In this document: positions 16,758 through 27,559 of the stretch, piece by piece
How the letters are laid out: each line of letters begins with the position of its first letter
How positions within the stretch are numbered: the first letter of the stretch is position 1
Origin: Candidatus Omnitrophota bacterium
GTDB taxonomy: Bacteria > Omnitrophota > Gorgyraeia > Zapsychrales > JAKLDJ01
Assembly: GCA_022703585.1 (NCBI GenBank)
Contig: JAKLDJ010000003.1
Coordinates: 270,250-334,249, forward strand
Length of the DNA: 64,000 bases
Direction of reading: 5' to 3'
Notes under the pieces: generated by a model
Seen by the model: the letters and a program-made list of their open reading frames with translations, nothing else
Told to the model about the DNA's origin: nothing
Database searches by the model: none
Program-made: the position numbers and the translations under genes

Positions 16758-17450
16758 ATGCAGTCGCCCGACGGCCTTAAACTCAAGTCTATTAAAATAC
16801 TTTACGAAGATAATTATTTTATTGTATTTGATAAACCTTCCGGGCTCCTAGTTGTTCCTACTCCTAAAAAAGAAAAGAATACCCTTGAAAACGTTGTCAA
16901 CGAGGCATGTCTTGCCGCCGGCCGGCAGGAGCGTCTTTACCCCTGCCATCGGCTCGACCGCGACACCTCCGGGGCGATTATTTTCGCCAAGGGCAGAGAA
17001 AACCAAGAGCGCATGATGGAAGAGTTTAGAAACAAGAAGGTGGAAAAAGAATATATTGCCTTCGTGAGGGGCCGGCTTTCCAACCGCCAGGGGGAGATCA
17101 AAAGCGCGATTCGGGATTTTGAGCAAAAGAAGTTTCAGGGCCATTCGCCGGCGAAGTTAGCGATTACACGCTATCGGCTTATTGAGCAAAGAAAGTTTTT
17201 TGGCATTGTTGCGGTTTATCCCTTAACCGGACGCACGAATCAAATCCGTATTCATTTCAGCGAAATAGGCCACCCGCTTTTGGGTGAAAGAAAATATGCC
17301 TTTGCTAAAGATTTTCCCTTAAAGTTTCGCCGCACGGCGCTGCATGCGGGCACGCTGAAGTGGCGGCACCCTGTTTATGGCAAAACAGTTAAAATTGTTT
17401 CGCCGTTACCGGACGATATGGCGGCATTTATCGCCCTGCATAAAAACTAA
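16758..17450 (+). CDS. RluA-family pseudouridine synthase
   Basis: 230 aa. Catalytic HRLDRDTSGAIIFAK motif. Confidence 0.85.
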   Translation: MQSPDGLKLKSIKILYEDNYFIVFDKPSGLLVVPTPKKEKNTLENVVNEACLAAGRQERLYPCHRLDRDTSGAIIFAKGRENQERMMEEFRNKKVEKEYIAFVRGRLSNRQGEIKSAIRDFEQKKFQGHSPAKLAITRYRLIEQRKFFGIVAVYPLTGRTNQIRIHFSEIGHPLLGERKYAFAKDFPLKFRRTALHAGTLKWRHPVYGKTVKIVSPLPDDMAAFIALHKN

Positions 17451-17475
17451 ATCTTATCAAACTATAGGATGAAAA

Positions 17476-17823
17476 ATGAATAATCCGAAGTCGCCTATTT
17501 TAAAGAAGAGTCCCTCTAAGGCCGTAAATTCGCTGACGCTTAACGCCATGGCGAAAGAGTGCCACCGGATTGCCGTCGAAAAAGGATTTTGGGATACCGA
17601 ACGCAATATCGGCGAGGCCCTGATGCTTATTGTTACCGAACTTGCCGAAGCCATGGAGGCTTACCGGGTACAAAACGACGAGAACTTTAAAGAAGAAATT
17701 GCGGATACCTTTATCCGTTTGTTCGACTTGTGCGGCGGGCTCAATATTGATATTGAAAAAGAAATCGCCAAGAAGTCGGAAAGGAACAAAAACCGCCCCT
17801 ATCGCCACGGGAAAATATGCTAG
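17476..17823 (+). CDS. small MazG-like nucleoside triphosphate pyrophosphohydrolase
   Basis: 115 aa all-alpha. EExxE-type metal motif (ELAEAMEAY, EEIADTF). Confidence 0.6.
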   Translation: MNNPKSPILKKSPSKAVNSLTLNAMAKECHRIAVEKGFWDTERNIGEALMLIVTELAEAMEAYRVQNDENFKEEIADTFIRLFDLCGGLNIDIEKEIAKKSERNKNRPYRHGKIC

Positions 17824-17871
17824 TGTAGCTGGGGTGTTTTTTTGTGTGCGAAAAGAGGGAGGGCTCGAAAG

Positions 17872-18387
17872 ATGAATAGTAAAAACCTTGTAATTATTGT
17901 ATTTCTTTGTGCGCTGGTCTTAGGGAATGGAAAGGGTGCCTGGGCAAAGTGCTCCTGCGAATCAGATGGAATCGACACGGATCAAGACCTGAAAAAGTTT
18001 ATGAGCCTGCGCCAGAAACTGGCTAATACGGTTAAGGAGTCGAAGAGAAAAGAGATCAATTTTGCGATTGCAGAATATTATTTCAAGGCCAATTCTTTTG
18101 TTGATGCCAAACGCGAATTCGAAGCATATGCCCTGCAGGATTCCGGCGGCATAACCGATCTTTTGGCGCGGATATATTTATATAAAATCGCCCAGTCAAA
18201 AAAGGATGAAACCCGGATGGCGGACTTGAAGAAAGAAATCTTTAGGGATCAATTCATCCTTCTTTTTGACCAGTATAAAACCAAGCAGTATGTTTCCCTG
18301 TTGGGCAATAAATATGAGATTCGCCATTTTGTCGATAAAATCGAGGTATTTCTAAACGGAGATATCTTTGAACAAGTCAGTCCTTAG
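17872..18387 (+). CDS. secreted/periplasmic hypothetical protein
   Basis: Start moved to ATG 17872 (MNSKNLVIIVFLCALVLGNGKGAWA signal peptide). SD GGAGGG 10 nt upstream. Confidence 0.5.
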   Translation: MNSKNLVIIVFLCALVLGNGKGAWAKCSCESDGIDTDQDLKKFMSLRQKLANTVKESKRKEINFAIAEYYFKANSFVDAKREFEAYALQDSGGITDLLARIYLYKIAQSKKDETRMADLKKEIFRDQFILLFDQYKTKQYVSLLGNKYEIRHFVDKIEVFLNGDIFEQVSP

Positions 18388-20428
18388 GAATTTTATTTTC
18401 TTCGCTTTGCCTTTTGCTGTCTGCCTCCTTGTTTTCGTTTCTATCTCACTGCTTATTCAAAGTTATTTGGCGGTTGCCGGACAATCAATCCTGGCAGGAA
18501 AGGTCGCTGAAAAAATAGATTTTTCTCCTTTTGGAGAAATCTGTATCGCCAGGATATCTTTGCCGGCCGGCACGCGCGTCTTTTCTCTTGAGAATACGAC
18601 GTTACGATTCGCGCCTTCGGGATTGTTTAAGAAGAAGCTCCTTGTTAAAAGCGTTTTTGTCGGCCGATTGGAAACTACGGGGTGGCCGCAGGGGCTCGAG
18701 ATTTTTGGCGCAGATTCATTTTTAGGGTCAATTAGGGATTTTATCCCCCAGAAAGCGGGCGGTTTCGCCGTTGTCTTTAATGAAGCCGCTTATTGTTTTC
18801 GTCAGATTAAAATCAATGACTTTTTATTCCTGGATACCTGCATTTCTTTAAAGGGAGACCAGGTCAAGGTATTCGGCAGGACAGATCTTGCCAAAACGAC
18901 GCTTTTTGATCTAAATCGCCTTGGGAATGATTTATCAAGATATATTGATTTTTTTGCGGATGTTGTCGTCCTTGACAATGATATTCTCCTCAACCAAATC
19001 AAGATTTCACACAGCCCTTATGTGTTCAATGGTTCCGGGTCGATACGCCAATATGCAAAAAATCCCTATCTCGATGTTCGTTTCTATTCAGACCCCATCT
19101 CGTTAGGAAAAATTTCTTTTCTTGAATCCTGGCATCCTAACGGCGGTGACGTCGGCATTATCGGAACCTTAACCGGGGCCGTGGATAATCCTGCTCTTCA
19201 GGGCGAGATTGTTATGCCTCTAACCGAGTTTTTGTTAGACAATGAAGGCTTGGAGATAAGCCGTCTTTTGTGCAAGTTTTTCTACGGGTACAGAGATAGG
19301 GTTTTAACCCTAAGAGAATTGAGCGGAATAGTTGACGGGAATCTTAAATTCTTTATCGACGGAAAAGTGGCTGGCCTGTCTTCGCCTTTGATTAACCTGC
19401 GATGTCGTTTAACATCGATGGCGAATCCTGGGCAGCAGCAGGGTTTAGGCAGTCTCAAAATTGATTTAAAAGGCCGCTGGAACCACGGGTCCCTTCTGGG
19501 GGATGCGTATGTGCGATATCCTGTTGCCCAGGAAAGGGACTATGGGGTATTGCTAAAGAATCTTAACCTTTCCTGGCAGGCGCCGGAGGATCCGGAAAAA
19601 TACCAGACAGGCGTTGTTCTTCAAATCGGCGGAATCGAACTTGCTGAACGCAAAGGAGGCCGAGGCGTTCGGATATTACAAGAATTTGATTTCAGCAACC
19701 TCACATCAAAGATTCAAATGACGGGCAAACGATTCCTTATCGAAAAGTCAAGCATGGAGGGTTATGGTGGGAAGGTGTGGTTGCGGGGGAAGGGCTGTTT
19801 TAAAAAAGGTCTCCCTGTTTATAGCCTGACTATTGATTTTGACAAAATTGATTTCAAAGACAGAAAAATATCTTATCCGGTTTATTGTGAAATTTCCGGT
19901 GTCTTTAGCGGATATCTTGATTTGGAGGCCAAAGCCGGCAACCGTGTCCAGGGTATTATCGTTGCCGATCAATTTCGTGTATCGAAGTTGGCTCCGCTCG
20001 ATAAAGTAGCGGACTTTATCGGCATCAATTCGATTAAGGATGTCGGTGAGGCGGAAATTGCCGCTGAGTTTGATTTTCTGCCCCAGCACAGCAGTATCAA
20101 GCGTTTTGACTTGGACGGCCAGGGGATCAGGATCCGTTCCAATTTTGATATCAACGAAAAGAACTGGCTGGACGGACAAATTGCCTTGAGCATGCCTCGT
20201 AAAACTCTCGAGGAGTCTAAAATATTCAAAAAGCTGCTTTCGATTGCGCGCGAGCGCCATGATTCGCTGGATTTTGTAGTACGTGTTAAAGGGTTCGCGG
20301 ATTCGCTGCGTACCGAACTTGTCGAAAGTGATTTTCGGGATAAATTAAAAGACAAGGTCGGCACGAATATTCAGCGTTATATTGAAGAAGAGGCGAATAA
20401 GGCCATCGATGAGCCTGAGTTGAAATAG
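18368..20428 (+). CDS. large membrane-anchored envelope protein, AsmA/TamB-like (tentative)
   Basis: 686 aa. TTG start overlaps the upstream stop by 20 nt. N-terminal TM anchor, then a long beta-rich periplasmic region with no catalytic motifs recognised. Confidence 0.45.
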   Translation: MNKSVLRNFIFFALPFAVCLLVFVSISLLIQSYLAVAGQSILAGKVAEKIDFSPFGEICIARISLPAGTRVFSLENTTLRFAPSGLFKKKLLVKSVFVGRLETTGWPQGLEIFGADSFLGSIRDFIPQKAGGFAVVFNEAAYCFRQIKINDFLFLDTCISLKGDQVKVFGRTDLAKTTLFDLNRLGNDLSRYIDFFADVVVLDNDILLNQIKISHSPYVFNGSGSIRQYAKNPYLDVRFYSDPISLGKISFLESWHPNGGDVGIIGTLTGAVDNPALQGEIVMPLTEFLLDNEGLEISRLLCKFFYGYRDRVLTLRELSGIVDGNLKFFIDGKVAGLSSPLINLRCRLTSMANPGQQQGLGSLKIDLKGRWNHGSLLGDAYVRYPVAQERDYGVLLKNLNLSWQAPEDPEKYQTGVVLQIGGIELAERKGGRGVRILQEFDFSNLTSKIQMTGKRFLIEKSSMEGYGGKVWLRGKGCFKKGLPVYSLTIDFDKIDFKDRKISYPVYCEISGVFSGYLDLEAKAGNRVQGIIVADQFRVSKLAPLDKVADFIGINSIKDVGEAEIAAEFDFLPQHSSIKRFDLDGQGIRIRSNFDINEKNWLDGQIALSMPRKTLEESKIFKKLLSIARERHDSLDFVVRVKGFADSLRTELVESDFRDKLKDKVGTNIQRYIEEEANKAIDEPELK

Positions 20429-20554
20429 CGATTTTATTTACTTCTTCAGGCGGAAATACACGAGAAGCAGATTGACCGGTTTTCGGCAAAGTTATATAAT
20501 AACCGTACTTTGTAATGGTTTGTAAACAGCGAGAGAATAAGGGGAGATGAGAAC

Positions 20555-21007
20555 ATGAAAAAGATGGGGCTTATTTTATTAGTGGTTTTCTTATCGGGTT
20601 GTGTAACGGTTAAAATCCCAAAGTACCTTCAGGAAAATTTTCCTTATAAAAAGAAATTCTATGCCAGATACGAAGAAACCCTAACGGCGACTCAGCAGGC
20701 TCTTAAAGATTTAGGGTGGACGGTCTCGGAGGTTGCCAATCCTACTGCTTTTGAGCGTCAGGCCGAGACGAAGGATACTCCCGCACAGGAAGTTTTGATC
20801 TTTACCGAAGTCCGTCAGACGCCGCTGATTCTTTCTTCGCGGTATATGAGCCTTAATGTTTATGTGCGTGCGGCCGGGGATAGCACCGATGTGGAAATTC
20901 GCTATATTTCAGTCATGCCGATTCTGTTTAAGAGTGTTAAGAATTACAAAAATGACCCTGTCGTCGATAAAGTGTTTGACCGCATATCGGAGTTATTAAA
21001 GCCGTAG
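20555..21007 (+). CDS. lipoprotein, hypothetical
   Basis: 150 aa. Signal peptide with lipobox LSGC. Confidence 0.6.
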   Translation: MKKMGLILLVVFLSGCVTVKIPKYLQENFPYKKKFYARYEETLTATQQALKDLGWTVSEVANPTAFERQAETKDTPAQEVLIFTEVRQTPLILSSRYMSLNVYVRAAGDSTDVEIRYISVMPILFKSVKNYKNDPVVDKVFDRISELLKP

Positions 21008-21064
21008 TTCTTTTATTTGCAATCGGATGAGAGCCGTGCATGCCGTGCTTCCTGTTGAAACCCG

Positions 21065-23056
21065 ATGGATAAATTTATCCTTCAAAGCAAATTCAAGCCT
21101 GTCCCTGAACAGATTAAGGCGATAAACAATCTTGTTGAAGGGATCAAAAAAGAGGAAAAGGCGCAGATTTTGCTCGGGGTAACCGGAAGCGGCAAAACAT
21201 TTACCCTCGCCAATGTTATTGAGCAGCTTAATCGTCCCGCCCTAGTTGTCTCGCATAATAAAACGCTCGCCGCTCAGCTATATAGCGAACTGAAAGAATT
21301 CTTCCCTTCCAATGCCGTCGAATATTTTGTCAGCTACTATGACTACTATCAGCCTGAGGCCTATATCCCGCAAACGGATATCTACATTGAGAAAGATGCG
21401 TCGATTAATGACCAGCTGGATCGCCTGAGGCTTTCGGCGACCAGCTCGCTCATGTATCGTCGCGATGTTATTATTGTGGCCAGCGTTTCCTGTATTTACA
21501 ACCTCGGTTCTCCTGTTGATTATAAAGAATCCCTTGTCCATCTTCAAAAAGATCAGCCTATTGACCGTGATGAGGTTATCGCTGCCTTAGTGAATATCCA
21601 GTATGAGCGTAATGACTATGATTTTGCCCGGGGCAAAATCAGGGTCCGCGGCGATGTGGTGGAGATCTTTCCCGCCTATCGCCAGGAGGGTGTAAGGGTT
21701 GAGTTTCTGGGAGAGAAAATAGAAAAGATATCACAGATTGATCCTGTGACCGGAAACACCATAGCATTGCTGGACAGGATTGCGATTTATCCGGCAAAGC
21801 ATTTTGTGGTCTCGCAGGACAGAATGAATGATGCCCTGCGCGAGATCGAGCAAGAATTGTCCGAGAGGGTGGCGGTGTTAAATAAGCAGGGAAAGCTACT
21901 GGAGGCGCAGCGCTTAAACTCCCGGACCCGTTACGACATGGAAATGCTTAAAGAGATGGGGTATTGTCACGGCGTTGAGAATTATTCCCGGCCGCTTTCG
22001 GGCCGCCCGGCTGGCAGCCGGCCGTACTGCCTTCTGGATTATTTTCCAAAAGATTTTATTACGTTTATCGACGAATCTCATGTGACTATCCCGCAGCTAA
22101 ACGGTATGTACGAGGGGGATAAATCCCGCAAGCAGGTCTTGGTCGAGCACGGGTTTCGGCTGCCGTCTTGTCTGGATAATCGCCCTTTGAAATTTAAAGA
22201 ATTTATGGATTTGCTGGGCCAGAAAGTTTATGTCTCGGCCACACCCGCTGATTTCGAAAGGAAAGACAGCAAGGGTAAAATTGCCGAACAGATTATAAGG
22301 CCGACGGGAATTATCGACCCGCCCATTACCGTTAAGCCGACACAAGGACAGGTGGAAGACCTGGTTGATCAAGTCAAAAAACGCGCCAAGAATAACGAAC
22401 GAGTCTTGGTAACGACTCTTACCAAAAGGATGGCCGAAGATCTGTCCAGTTATCTGGAAGGGCAGGGGCTTAAGGTCCGGTATCTGCACTCGGATATAGA
22501 AACGTTTGACCGGACAAAAATCTTAAAAGAATTAAGGCAGAAGAAATTTGATTGTCTGGTCGGTATTAATCTGTTGCGCGAAGGCCTGGATTTACCCGAG
22601 GTTTCCCTGGTGGCGATTTTTGACGCGGACAAAGAGGGTTTCTTGCGTTCGCAGACTTCGCTTATCCAGGTGGCCGGGCGCGCGGCGCGAAATATTAACG
22701 GTGAAGTTATCATGTACGCCGATAAAATAACCAAGGCGATGCGCGAAACGATTTCAGAGTGCGAACGCCGACGAAAAATCCAAATTGAATTTAACAAGAA
22801 ATACCACATTACACCCCAGACGATCAAAAAGTCTATACGCCGAGGCATAGAGGAATGGGCCCAGGCTGAGGAATTGGCGGCGGATATTACCGGGCAGAGA
22901 AGAGAGGAATACGAATTTTCCATGCTCATTTCGGATCTGGAACAGGAGATGGAGTTGGCGGCGCGAAACCTGCAGTTTGAAAAAGCGGCCCTTATTCGGG
23001 ATCGGATAGCGGAATTTAAGAAATACGGAGTCTTTGATGAACCCAAAAAAACATAG
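21065..23056 (+). CDS. uvrB: excinuclease ABC subunit B
   Basis: 663 aa. N-terminal FKPVPEQIKAINNLVEGI, Walker A GVTGSGKT, beta-hairpin YYDYYQPEAY. Full-length match to UvrB. Confidence 0.95.
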   Translation: MDKFILQSKFKPVPEQIKAINNLVEGIKKEEKAQILLGVTGSGKTFTLANVIEQLNRPALVVSHNKTLAAQLYSELKEFFPSNAVEYFVSYYDYYQPEAYIPQTDIYIEKDASINDQLDRLRLSATSSLMYRRDVIIVASVSCIYNLGSPVDYKESLVHLQKDQPIDRDEVIAALVNIQYERNDYDFARGKIRVRGDVVEIFPAYRQEGVRVEFLGEKIEKISQIDPVTGNTIALLDRIAIYPAKHFVVSQDRMNDALREIEQELSERVAVLNKQGKLLEAQRLNSRTRYDMEMLKEMGYCHGVENYSRPLSGRPAGSRPYCLLDYFPKDFITFIDESHVTIPQLNGMYEGDKSRKQVLVEHGFRLPSCLDNRPLKFKEFMDLLGQKVYVSATPADFERKDSKGKIAEQIIRPTGIIDPPITVKPTQGQVEDLVDQVKKRAKNNERVLVTTLTKRMAEDLSSYLEGQGLKVRYLHSDIETFDRTKILKELRQKKFDCLVGINLLREGLDLPEVSLVAIFDADKEGFLRSQTSLIQVAGRAARNINGEVIMYADKITKAMRETISECERRRKIQIEFNKKYHITPQTIKKSIRRGIEEWAQAEELAADITGQRREEYEFSMLISDLEQEMELAARNLQFEKAALIRDRIAEFKKYGVFDEPKKT

Positions 23057-24896
23057 GGCTTTACTGATCGGCATCCTGGTCCTGTTAACTTTTCTGGCCT
23101 ACGGAAATTCTTTGTTTAATTCTTTTGTTTGGGACGACCAGGTTTTTATTGTCAGCAATCCGTTTATCCGCAGCCTTAAATATATTCCGGATTTTTTTCA
23201 AAACCCTCCCGGGGTTATGTCGTCGTGGGGGAGAGGGTTTGACACGTATTACCGGCCCTTTTTTCTAACCTCTTTTACCCTCGATTACCATCTCTGGGGT
23301 TTAAAACCTTTCTTTTTCCATTTGTATAATGTTCTTTTGCATATTATTTGCACTATCCTGGTTTTTTATTTCGCGAGACGATTTATTGATGATGATATTT
23401 TTGCATTCCTGGCGGCTTTGTTTTTTGGGTTGCACCCTGTCCATACGGATGCGGTAACGCCTGTTTATAACCGTATGGATATCCTGGTTTCATGCTTTTC
23501 TTTGGGGTCATTCTTGTGTTTTTCTCGGTTTTTAAAGGCGCGAGAGAAGGGATTTAAATTTTATTTATACTCGCTCCTGCTTTTTTCTCTGGCCTTGTTC
23601 TCGAAAGAATTTGCCATTATGTTGCCGGTAGCACTCTTTTTATACGACTTTTTATTTGTCGAGCGGAATATCGGCAGGATCATTCGCGAAAGATGGCTCT
23701 GTTATCTGGGGATAGGGGCAGTGCTGTTCTTTTACATGTCGTTTCGTTTTTTAGCTCTGGGATCTTTTGCTGCCGGATACCTTGATAAACTGGTGGGTGA
23801 AACGTTTGAAGGAATACATCCGGTGCTATTAAGTTTCTATGCAGTTTTTCATGCCTTATTTGTTTATATACAAAAATTATTTCTGCCGGTTAATCTTAAC
23901 GTTATCCACCAGTATTCTCCTGGCCGTTACGGTGGCGGAGGGGTGATTGCGGCGGTCTTTTTGGTGGCCGCAGGTTTCTATTATGCCTTTGCTTTTAGAA
24001 ATAAAAGGAAAGAAATCTCTTTCTGGATTCTGTGGTTTTTTATTATGATATTCCCTGTGTCCCAGATTATTCCCTTTGGTAACATCGTTGCGGAACGCTA
24101 CGTCTATCTGCCATCCGTCGGATTTTGCTGTCTTTTAGGTTATGTTCTGATGTCTCTTTACAACCGGGCCCTGGCGAAAGATGTGGGCGGGCTTGGCGGG
24201 CGCGGCCTTGTTCTGGTGATTATACTGGTGAGTGCTTTTTATCTTTATCAAACCGTTTTGAGAAATTATGACTGGCGTACTGAATTTAGCCTTTGGAAGT
24301 CTTCGATCAGCCAAAATCCCTTTTATACCGGTTCTCATACCCAGATGGCCAAGGCCTACGCTGAGATGGGGAGAGAAGAGGATGCCGAACGCGAATATAT
24401 CAAGGCCCTTTCGCTATCGCCTAACAATTCGGTTGCCTTGAATTCGCTGGGGTCGTACTATGTACGAAAAGGGAGGATGCAGGAAGGCCTTGCGCTTATG
24501 CTTAAAGCGCTGCGCATCGATCCTCAGGATACCTTTGCTTATATTAATGTTGGCAGGACATATAACCTTATGAAAGAATATGATTTGGCGATAAAATATT
24601 TAAGAACAGCGAAATTATTAAACAAAGGATGCCTGGAATGCTATTTTGATCTTGGGTTGGCCTATGCCAACAAGGGTGAGTACCAAAGTGCCGCTGAGGA
24701 ATTTAAGGAGGCCTTGGCAATCGATCCGAATTTTGCCTATGCCTATTACGGCCTGGGGCTGGTTAATTTTAGGGAGGGTAACAAGGCTCGGGCGGACACT
24801 TTCTTCCAAAAGGCGATTAAACTGAATCCTAACTTTAAAATCTCCCGTGAGAAATTATACGAACAGGAACAATATGGAAATATCGAAAATCGCTAA
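23034..24896 (+). CDS. PMT-like polytopic membrane domain fused to C-terminal TPR repeats (protein O-mannosyltransferase-like)
   Basis: 620 aa. N-terminal about 400 aa multi-TM with the FVWDD loop motif. C-terminal about 200 aa TPR (AYxxLGxxY repeats). Confidence 0.6.
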   Translation: MMNPKKHRALLIGILVLLTFLAYGNSLFNSFVWDDQVFIVSNPFIRSLKYIPDFFQNPPGVMSSWGRGFDTYYRPFFLTSFTLDYHLWGLKPFFFHLYNVLLHIICTILVFYFARRFIDDDIFAFLAALFFGLHPVHTDAVTPVYNRMDILVSCFSLGSFLCFSRFLKAREKGFKFYLYSLLLFSLALFSKEFAIMLPVALFLYDFLFVERNIGRIIRERWLCYLGIGAVLFFYMSFRFLALGSFAAGYLDKLVGETFEGIHPVLLSFYAVFHALFVYIQKLFLPVNLNVIHQYSPGRYGGGGVIAAVFLVAAGFYYAFAFRNKRKEISFWILWFFIMIFPVSQIIPFGNIVAERYVYLPSVGFCCLLGYVLMSLYNRALAKDVGGLGGRGLVLVIILVSAFYLYQTVLRNYDWRTEFSLWKSSISQNPFYTGSHTQMAKAYAEMGREEDAEREYIKALSLSPNNSVALNSLGSYYVRKGRMQEGLALMLKALRIDPQDTFAYINVGRTYNLMKEYDLAIKYLRTAKLLNKGCLECYFDLGLAYANKGEYQSAAEEFKEALAIDPNFAYAYYGLGLVNFREGNKARADTFFQKAIKLNPNFKISREKLYEQEQYGNIENR

Positions 24897-26781
24897 GAAT
24901 AATATTGCCGTATTTTTATTGCTAACGGTTCTCATCGGTGCGGCGTACGGCAATGCTTTGTTTAATAAATTTGTTTGGGATGATCACTGGCTCGTCGATG
25001 AAAATCCTTACATTAAAAATTTTAAATTTCTTCCCAGATTGTTTACTAACGATTTAAGCTATTCAACTCTTGAGCGGGCCTATACGACTGCGTATTATCG
25101 TCCGCTGTCTATGTTTTCGTTCATGCTGGATTATAAAATTTGGCATTTAAATCCTTTCGGATATCATCTGACCAATGTCTTGCTGCATCTTATTAATTCC
25201 ATGCTTGTTTTCTTAATTATCGGCAAGCTATGCCAGGATAGGCGGGTGAGTATTCTGTCGGCCGTTTTTTTTGCTCTTCACCCTATCCACGTGGAGGCGG
25301 TCACGCCTGTCCTTAACCGGATGGGTATACAGGGAGCTTTCTTTGTCCTGTTGGCGCTGTTTCTTTTTATCAAATATACGGGGGAAAAGAAAAGAAAACA
25401 TTTATTTATTGTCCCGATTTTGTTCTTTGCGGGATTGTTATCAAAGGAGGATACGGTTGTTTTGCCTCTTGTTTTGATCTGCTACGATTATCTGTTTTTA
25501 TCAAATCTAAATATAAGGAATTTGCTTAAAAGGGACAAAGCTGTCTTTTATGGATCCTGTTTTATCGTTGGTGTCGTCTATTTAGCTATCCGTAAATTCA
25601 GCGTTGTCCATCAGCTGCCGTTTCCGTTCTTTAACTTTGACGACCCCGCTAAATATATCCTGGCAAAAGACTTTTTTCTTCATATCCTGACGGTTATAAA
25701 AGTATTGGCGGAAAACATGGTACGGCTGGTGCTGCCGTTAAACTTAAGCCTTGAGTATGTTATTGATCCCGTAGCAGACATAGGGCATCTTGATGTTTTG
25801 GCAAGTATCCTTATCTTAGCTTTAACGGCGGGAATTGTTTTTGTTTCTCGCAGGCACTCATTTTTTAAGATTCTCATTTTCTTCGTCAGCCTTTTTTTTA
25901 TCAGTATCCTTCCGACGTCAAACATTATTCCTATCAGCTTTGAATATGTGGCGCATGACCGTTTCTTATATTTTCCGTCTATCAGCTTTTGTTTCATCTT
26001 TGCTTTATTTCTTGTTCGCCTTCTGGATAAAACAGATAAGTATCCGCTTGGTTCTGTTGTTAAAGTTGTGGTTAGGGTGCTGCCGTTTGTTGTTGCATTC
26101 CTGTATCTTGTCTGGACAATTACGCTTAATTATGCCTGGCGAACCGATTTGACCTTGTGGCAGTATGTCTCAAGAGTTTCGCCACGGAGTTCTTCGGCGC
26201 ATTTTAATCTGGGTGTTGCCTATAAAAATGCCGGAAGATACGGGGACGCGGAAAAAGAATTCTCCAGGGCTGTTTCCTCAGCCAGGGTAAGAAGAGTGGA
26301 GGATGAGGTTATTTATATGGGTAAAATGAACCGAGGGCTTCTTTTAACCGAGCAGGGGAGGTACAATGACGCCCTAACGCAAATTCAAGAGGCAATTACT
26401 CTTGCGCAGAAAATCGGCGTTAAGGCTGATTTTTTATATAACGAGTTGGGTATTGTTTATGCCCAACTTGGCCAAAGTGATAAGGCGCAGGAGAGTTTTA
26501 AAAGAGCGCTGTTCGGCGAAGAAGATTATGTTATGGCACGTTATAATTTAGGGGTATTATATTACCGTCAGGGAGATTATACGCAGGCTGAGGAACATTT
26601 GAAGCGCGCGGCTGGTCTCGATCCGGATTCTGCCGATGTGGCCTTTGCTCTAGGGCTGAATTATATGAAGCAAAATAAAAAGAGAGAGGCCCGGGAAATT
26701 CTTGGACGGGTTTTAAAGATTAATCCCAGTTATGATTTAGCACACCAATATCTTGATGTATTACAAAAGGAGGGTTTTTGA
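24874..26781 (+). CDS. PMT-like membrane domain plus TPR repeats, tandem paralogue of upstream gene
   Basis: Same architecture, with FVWDD at the same position. The ATG at 24874 (MEISKIAKNN..., AGGAA 5 nt upstream) is preferred over the track's GTG at 24847. Confidence 0.6.
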   Translation: MEISKIAKNNIAVFLLLTVLIGAAYGNALFNKFVWDDHWLVDENPYIKNFKFLPRLFTNDLSYSTLERAYTTAYYRPLSMFSFMLDYKIWHLNPFGYHLTNVLLHLINSMLVFLIIGKLCQDRRVSILSAVFFALHPIHVEAVTPVLNRMGIQGAFFVLLALFLFIKYTGEKKRKHLFIVPILFFAGLLSKEDTVVLPLVLICYDYLFLSNLNIRNLLKRDKAVFYGSCFIVGVVYLAIRKFSVVHQLPFPFFNFDDPAKYILAKDFFLHILTVIKVLAENMVRLVLPLNLSLEYVIDPVADIGHLDVLASILILALTAGIVFVSRRHSFFKILIFFVSLFFISILPTSNIIPISFEYVAHDRFLYFPSISFCFIFALFLVRLLDKTDKYPLGSVVKVVVRVLPFVVAFLYLVWTITLNYAWRTDLTLWQYVSRVSPRSSSAHFNLGVAYKNAGRYGDAEKEFSRAVSSARVRRVEDEVIYMGKMNRGLLLTEQGRYNDALTQIQEAITLAQKIGVKADFLYNELGIVYAQLGQSDKAQESFKRALFGEEDYVMARYNLGVLYYRQGDYTQAEEHLKRAAGLDPDSADVAFALGLNYMKQNKKREAREILGRVLKINPSYDLAHQYLDVLQKEGF

Positions 26782-26785
26782 TCCT

Positions 26786-27559
26786 ATGCTATTAGCGGTT
26801 GATGTGGGCAATACTACGATATCATTGGCTGTTATGAAAGGCGGTAAGATTAAAAAGGCCTTTATGGTGCCGGTTGCTGCGGTTCACGACGATTATAAGA
26901 AATTGCTACGAAATACATTGGCGTCGATTAAAAGATATTCCAGGAAAATTGATGCTGTTATTGTCTGTAGTGTCGTGCCTGAGGCTTTGAGCGTGATAAA
27001 ATCTATTTTGATCAAAGGGACGGGTACCCGGCTGTTTATTGTAGGCCGTGACATTAAGACCCCTATGAAAAATCTGTATCGCAGGCCAAGGCAGGTCGGC
27101 CAGGACAGATTGGTCTGCGCGTACGCGGCGGCGAGACTTTACGGCAGGCCGGCCATTGTCGTGGATTTCGGAACAGCGGTAACGTTTGATGTTGTTTCGG
27201 CGAGAGGCGAGTACTTAGGAGGGGCGATTATCCCGGGCTTAAGGCTTGCCGCGGAATCTTTATTCGAGAAAACGGCGCTCCTACCGAGAGTCCGACTGGA
27301 TCCTCCAAAGGATATTATCGGCAAAGATACCGAAAATAGTATCCGCAGCGGAATATTTTACGGTTACGGGGCACTTTGTGACGGGATGATTAGCCGGATA
27401 GCCAAGAAAATAAAGCAAAAGCCGGTTGTGGTCATTACCGGAGGGTATGCTTCACGGCTTACAAAATTTATCAAAACGCCGCACACCCTTGATAAAAATC
27501 TTATTTTTAAAGGGATGGATTTGATCTATTGCAAAGTTTATTCACGTTCTCGCCTATGA
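26786..27559 (+). CDS. coaX: type III pantothenate kinase
   Basis: Start moved to ATG 26786 (MLLAVDVGNTTISLAV) with strong SD AAAAGGAGGG upstream. ASKHA-fold motifs VDFGTAVTFD. Confidence 0.85.
   Translation: MLLAVDVGNTTISLAVMKGGKIKKAFMVPVAAVHDDYKKLLRNTLASIKRYSRKIDAVIVCSVVPEALSVIKSILIKGTGTRLFIVGRDIKTPMKNLYRRPRQVGQDRLVCAYAAARLYGRPAIVVDFGTAVTFDVVSARGEYLGGAIIPGLRLAAESLFEKTALLPRVRLDPPKDIIGKDTENSIRSGIFYGYGALCDGMISRIAKKIKQKPVVVITGGYASRLTKFIKTPHTLDKNLIFKGMDLIYCKVYSRSRL

Noticed and set aside
21278-23074. Antisense ORFs inside uvrB (21278-21547, 22097-22489, 22450-23046, 22754-23074 minus)
   Set aside because: All lie entirely within the well-supported uvrB frame and have no recognisable motifs. 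Typical antisense ORFs from a stop-poor complementary frame.
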